Assembly: GCA_964016885.1 (NCBI GenBank)
Contig: OZ024743.1
Location: forward strand, 335,296,001 to 335,360,000
Length of the DNA stretch: 64,000 bases
Reading direction: 5' to 3'
From: Eledone cirrhosa
Taxonomy: Eukaryota
Shown: piece after piece, positions 59,743 to 64,000 of the stretch
How the letters are laid out: each line of letters starts with the position of its first letter
How positions within the stretch are numbered: position 1 is the first letter of the stretch
Translations under genes and position numbers: made by a program
Notes under the pieces: model-generated
Database searches by the model: none
The model's input: only the letters and a program-made list of their open reading frames with translations
Told to the model about the DNA's origin: nothing

Positions 59743-60802
59743 TGTATGTATGTATGTATGTATGTATGTATGTATGGATGTATGTCAGGTCACCAGTTGG
59801 TGCTACTGGTAACATGTATCCCAGTACAACCTGTCTCATGGTCGGGGCGTTGGCGACTAAACTGGCAACCCCACCAAGGTTTCTTGGTGAGGAGGGTGAC
59901 TTTGGACATCCCGCAGGACTAAAAACAAAACCTGGCAAAGGGCAAAGGAGCTCTTAAGAGTCAATGGCCATCCAAAAATCACCGTGAGAGATCACCCCTT
60001 AGCCTTTGTCAATGCAGAATTCTAGGAGAAGGAAAACTCTGATATAATACCTGCAACCCTGATGATATCCAATGGTGTTGACTTGTTCTTCTTTTTGGTA
60101 AATATCATCTTGGTTAAGAGAGTGGGACTGGCTTTGTGCAGTGCCTTTGCCCACTATAAAAGCTTCACGGCACAGGCATTGCTTTGTATCTGGAGATCTC
60201 TCTGCACTTGTTGTCACATGGTACCATGGGCCCAGCACTATGTGTCATCAAACGTTGTACACACATGAATATTTTTTCAGATCCAATTTAGTTCTAGCAC
60301 GTGGCCTGAATTCCTTTTAGAATTCATTGTCCTGCGCATGTATTGTTTTTTTGGCGGTAATATACTTCCTCATTTTTTAATCAGTTTGAGTATTTCTTTA
60401 CAACTGCTAGAATAGCAACCTAACAGATACCTCAGGCACTGATGGTGATTATCGCTAAATACTGAGATTGGTTAGATTATCAATATTGGTATTATTGGGC
60501 ACCCACTGATGAATTATAAGTGGCCCACTTGAATATTATCTGTTGATCCTATACAAGCTCCTACATAAATTGGTATAATTTCACCCAAATTGTAGGAATC
60601 TTATAATGAAACGAGACGTCCGTCTGGGAAGAGATATATTCGATATGTCTCATATGAAATAATACAGCCAATTTTCCACACAATACATTTAGTTAGCACC
60701 CCGAACGTTTAATTGTGAATATACTCACTTGTTTCCTAATATTTGTTGAGTGAGTTGGAATTTGGCCGGAGTATCGCTAAAAGCTTTCTCCGATAATGTA
60801 TT

Positions 60803-60835
<33 letters not shown>

Positions 60836-61409
60836 TATATAATATATATATATATAATATATATAAATATAATATATATAATATATATATATATAATATA
60901 TTTATATAATATATATATATAATATATATATATATGTAGAGGTTATATTTAATTTGTTGGGATACAACAAGCTAAATATTTTTATAACTGATATAAAGCA
61001 CTCAACATATAATTGGAGTAAATATACAATATATTAACAAATGGAAACTATATTTATAAAACCATATTTATTTCATTATGCATATTTCAAGGGCCACCAA
61101 AGAAAACTATGGTGCGCTTTCATCAGATAAAATATAATATAGGTTAGTTTTATAAATAAATATTGACATACGCTTAAAAAATGCAACCATTCTGGTTGGA
61201 ATCTCCTGGAGATTCCAAGCAGAATATATATATATATATATATATACATAACAATGTAGTTGTGGTAAGGAACCAGATGCACCATAACCCAAAGAGTACT
61301 TAATACTTAGGGTAGTAGAGTGGGTAATAGGAAAATGAATGACCCCGACGGCAGAGCTCAAGCCGTTTCGACGGCTATTATATACATAAATATAGTTTTA
61401 ATATAGAAG

Positions 61410-61460
61410 AGCTTCTACAGGACTAGAACTGTTTCATTCGTGAGAAATCATCAGGAAGCT
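61410..61460 (-). ncRNA. Type-I hammerhead motif with full stem III; decayed relative at ~32857-32905
   Basis: Minus strand: agcttc CTGATGA tttc-tcac-gaat GAA ACAG-ttctagtc-CTGT A gaagct. Confidence 0.8.
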
Positions 61461-61677
61461 GGCTGTCCAAGTAAATGGTAGTATTTATATCTTTCCTTAT
61501 CTGGTGGTAGGAATGGGTGTAGATCATCGGTTGAAGGATTTAAAGAAAAGGGAGTTCATTAAAAGCTAATTCTTAAGAGCTATAATATTAACAAAGGCAG
61601 AAAGAATACTGTAATATATATGTATAATACAAATAGTGAAAACAATGAAATTAAACAAAATACGGGTAATTCATATT

Positions 61678-61826
61678 AAAACTCATTATTTTACGATCGT
61701 TTCTGGGGGGTAGTTCTCCGTATGTTCATTCTATTAGTTATCTAAGTAAAATATATTACAAATTATCAAAGTAAGAAGATATACATACGTCTTTCCTACC
61801 CGCCGTCTTCAGAAATAATGAGTTTT
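61678..61826 (-). ncRNA. Hammerhead motif with very long (102 nt) stem II
   Basis: Minus strand: aaactcattattt CTGAAGA [cggcgggtag...ctacccccca] GAA ACGATCGT A aaataatgagttt; 13-bp stem I, GUA triplet. Confidence 0.82.
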
Positions 61827-62287
61827 GTTTATTGAAGAATATAAAAACATGTATGAATAAGTAACCTTTTAAGAACAAGGTTGAGATTGACCAATAGTAA
61901 AAATAGGAAGGGGCAATATAGCTCATTAAGTTGGTAGTAGTAGATGAATAAATTGGCAGTCAGGGGATGAGGTATCGAATGACCTTTAAGAATAGAAAAG
62001 AAAGTTGCGAGTGTAAAGAAATTTAGATAGATTGTATAGAAAAGTGTGGACGGTCAAGGAAGATTAAAGTTTGAGCAAAAGGGGTGAAGATATCAGTGTG
62101 TTATATCTAGTAGAATAGTATAGATTCTATACTATTCTACAATTGGCATTTGGCATTCTACAATTGGCTATTACCACCAGTAGTCACTGAAACTTACATT
62201 CATACCGTTCTTATTTAATTCCATTAATTTTGTAATTGCCGTAATCTAAATGATAAATTATTAATTAATACAGGAGCTAGCCTTTAT

Positions 62288-62352
62288 GAAGGCCGCACAA
62301 GAAACTCACGGAGGCCGCATGCGGCCTCAAGGTGGCAGGTTCCCCACCTCTG
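62288..62352 (+). mobile_element. hAT/Charlie-like DNA transposon terminus
   Basis: gaggccgcatgcggcctc palindrome followed by TIR-like aggttccccacctctg. Confidence 0.5.
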
Positions 62353-62773
62353 GTATAGAACAATCCTAAATATTTGATATTTCTTTGTTCAAGAGGAATA
62401 ATTTGTACTCAGAATAGAACAAGTAGAGGAATATAGATGGAACCAAAGAAAAGTAAAATTTAGATAAAAAAAATTTATATAGGTAAGAAAATAATAAAAT
62501 GTGTGTAAGTATTGTGTTAGAGTGGTCAGTATGAAGTTTTACGTGTAGGGAATTTTATTTTCGAATAAGAAATCTAATTAATACTCTTATTTTCTTAATA
62601 GGTTTAAATGCATGTCTGTTTTGTTAGAGTGTTGAATATAATGTAATATATAGTGCTCATTAATAGTTAATTATTTAAAACAGTTATAGGGATGAGATAT
62701 AGGATTGAATCTATGGATTAATTCTAATAGGAAAAAAAATGTATATACACACACATACACACACACATACACG

Positions 62774-62844
<71 letters not shown>

Positions 62845-63079
62845 TATATTAATAAATGGAAACTATATTTATAAAACCATAATTATTTTATTATATATAT
62901 TTCAAGGGCACCCAAGGCAAATTTTGGTGCGCTTTCATGAGATAAAATACAAAATTTGTTTATAAATGTTGACATACCCACCGAAGAACAACCTTGACGG
63001 TTGGAGGTTCGCTGGATAGTGGGAAAATGTTATTGAGGGTGATTCAAAGTTATGTGTGAGTATGCAAATGAATATCCGA

Positions 63080-63275
63080 AAAAATTGAAAAAAACAACGG
63101 TTTATTTAAATTTTACTGTTGGACGAAGAGGGGGGAGAGAGAGAGAAAAGAGAGAGCGAGAGAGAGAGAGAAAGAGAAGAAAAAAAGAGAAAGAAAAAGA
63201 GAAAGAAGAAAAAGAAAAAGAAAAAGAAAAAGAGAGGAAGAAACAAGAGAGAGCGAAAGAAAAGAAACGAAATGC
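63080..63275 (+). repeat. GA-rich low-complexity tract
   Basis: (GA)n and (GAAAAA)n runs. Confidence 0.9.
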
Positions 63276-63649
63276 ATAGTAATGATGAAAAAAGTTAAAG
63301 AGGAAACGAGTGAAGAAATAAGCTTATCAAGGGATGAATCCATATCTCGTAAATACATTTTTTTGTTATGTTTATATAAAAAAAATATGATAAGATAAAA
63401 ATGGTAAATTAATGATAATGATAAATTAAAAATAGTGTTAAATTCCAAAATAAGGATATTAAAGATGCATTTAAAATGTTATGTCATGTAATAGAATCTA
63501 TAACATGACATATAATTTATCATCTATAATATAGATGATAAATTATTTAACTGTATAATGTTTTAGATTTAAAGAAACATTGAAAATCAAGATTTGTTTA
63601 CTTATTAGTTATTATGTTTGTTGAATTCCAACAAATTAAAAGTAACCTT

Positions 63650-63699
<50 letters not shown>

Positions 63700-63704
<5 letters not shown>

Positions 63705-63975
63705 TTTTATATTTTTTCTTTATTTGTTTAGTTGTCTTTATAATACTTGAATGTCTTTCTAATTCTATGGTTACATGCGATAATTAACTCCTGTCTTTTA
63801 TTTAATAGAATGTCTTTCGACTTAGTAATTTCAAAAATTACTAAATCGAAAGACATTCTATTAAATAAAAGACAGGAATTAATTATCACATGTAAATGTA
63901 ACCACACAATTAGAAAGACATTCAAGCATTATAAATACAACTAAAAAAATAAAGAAAAAATATAAAAAAAAATAT
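63700..63975. repeat. Diverged fold-back palindrome of a PLE endonuclease 3' end
   Basis: Apex ~63833; both arms encode ILLNKRQELII.C..H..stop, similar to LNSKTEI..CPH at 34954-35050. Confidence 0.75.
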
Positions 63976-64000
63976 ATATATATATGTGTGTGTGTGTGTG

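Overview
AT-rich eukaryotic DNA saturated with (TA)n, (TG)n and (GATA)n microsatellites. It resembles an octopus/coleoid cephalopod genome, inferred only from repeat style. No host protein-coding exon could be supported, and most listed ORFs are microsatellite artefacts. The window holds retroelements of many types: an L1/Tx1-type LINE with an intact ORF2 segment (1-2530) and a related fragment, a stop-free Penelope-like element (PLE; RT + GIY-YIG, 38225-40432) bracketed by inverted pseudo-LTRs, several decayed PLEs, CRE-, R4/Dong-, RTE- and CR1-type LINE fragments, two SINE families and DNA-transposon scraps. The hidden layer is RNA. By eye I find about 20 type-I hammerhead ribozyme (HHR) motifs from about 11 sequence families, sitting in short PLE pseudo-LTR insertions embedded in (TA)n tracts. 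They include compensatory U3-A8 cores, position-4 variants and a family with a 100-115 nt stem II. Most of these insertions are fold-back palindromes, and their turning points often fall inside the ribozyme itself.
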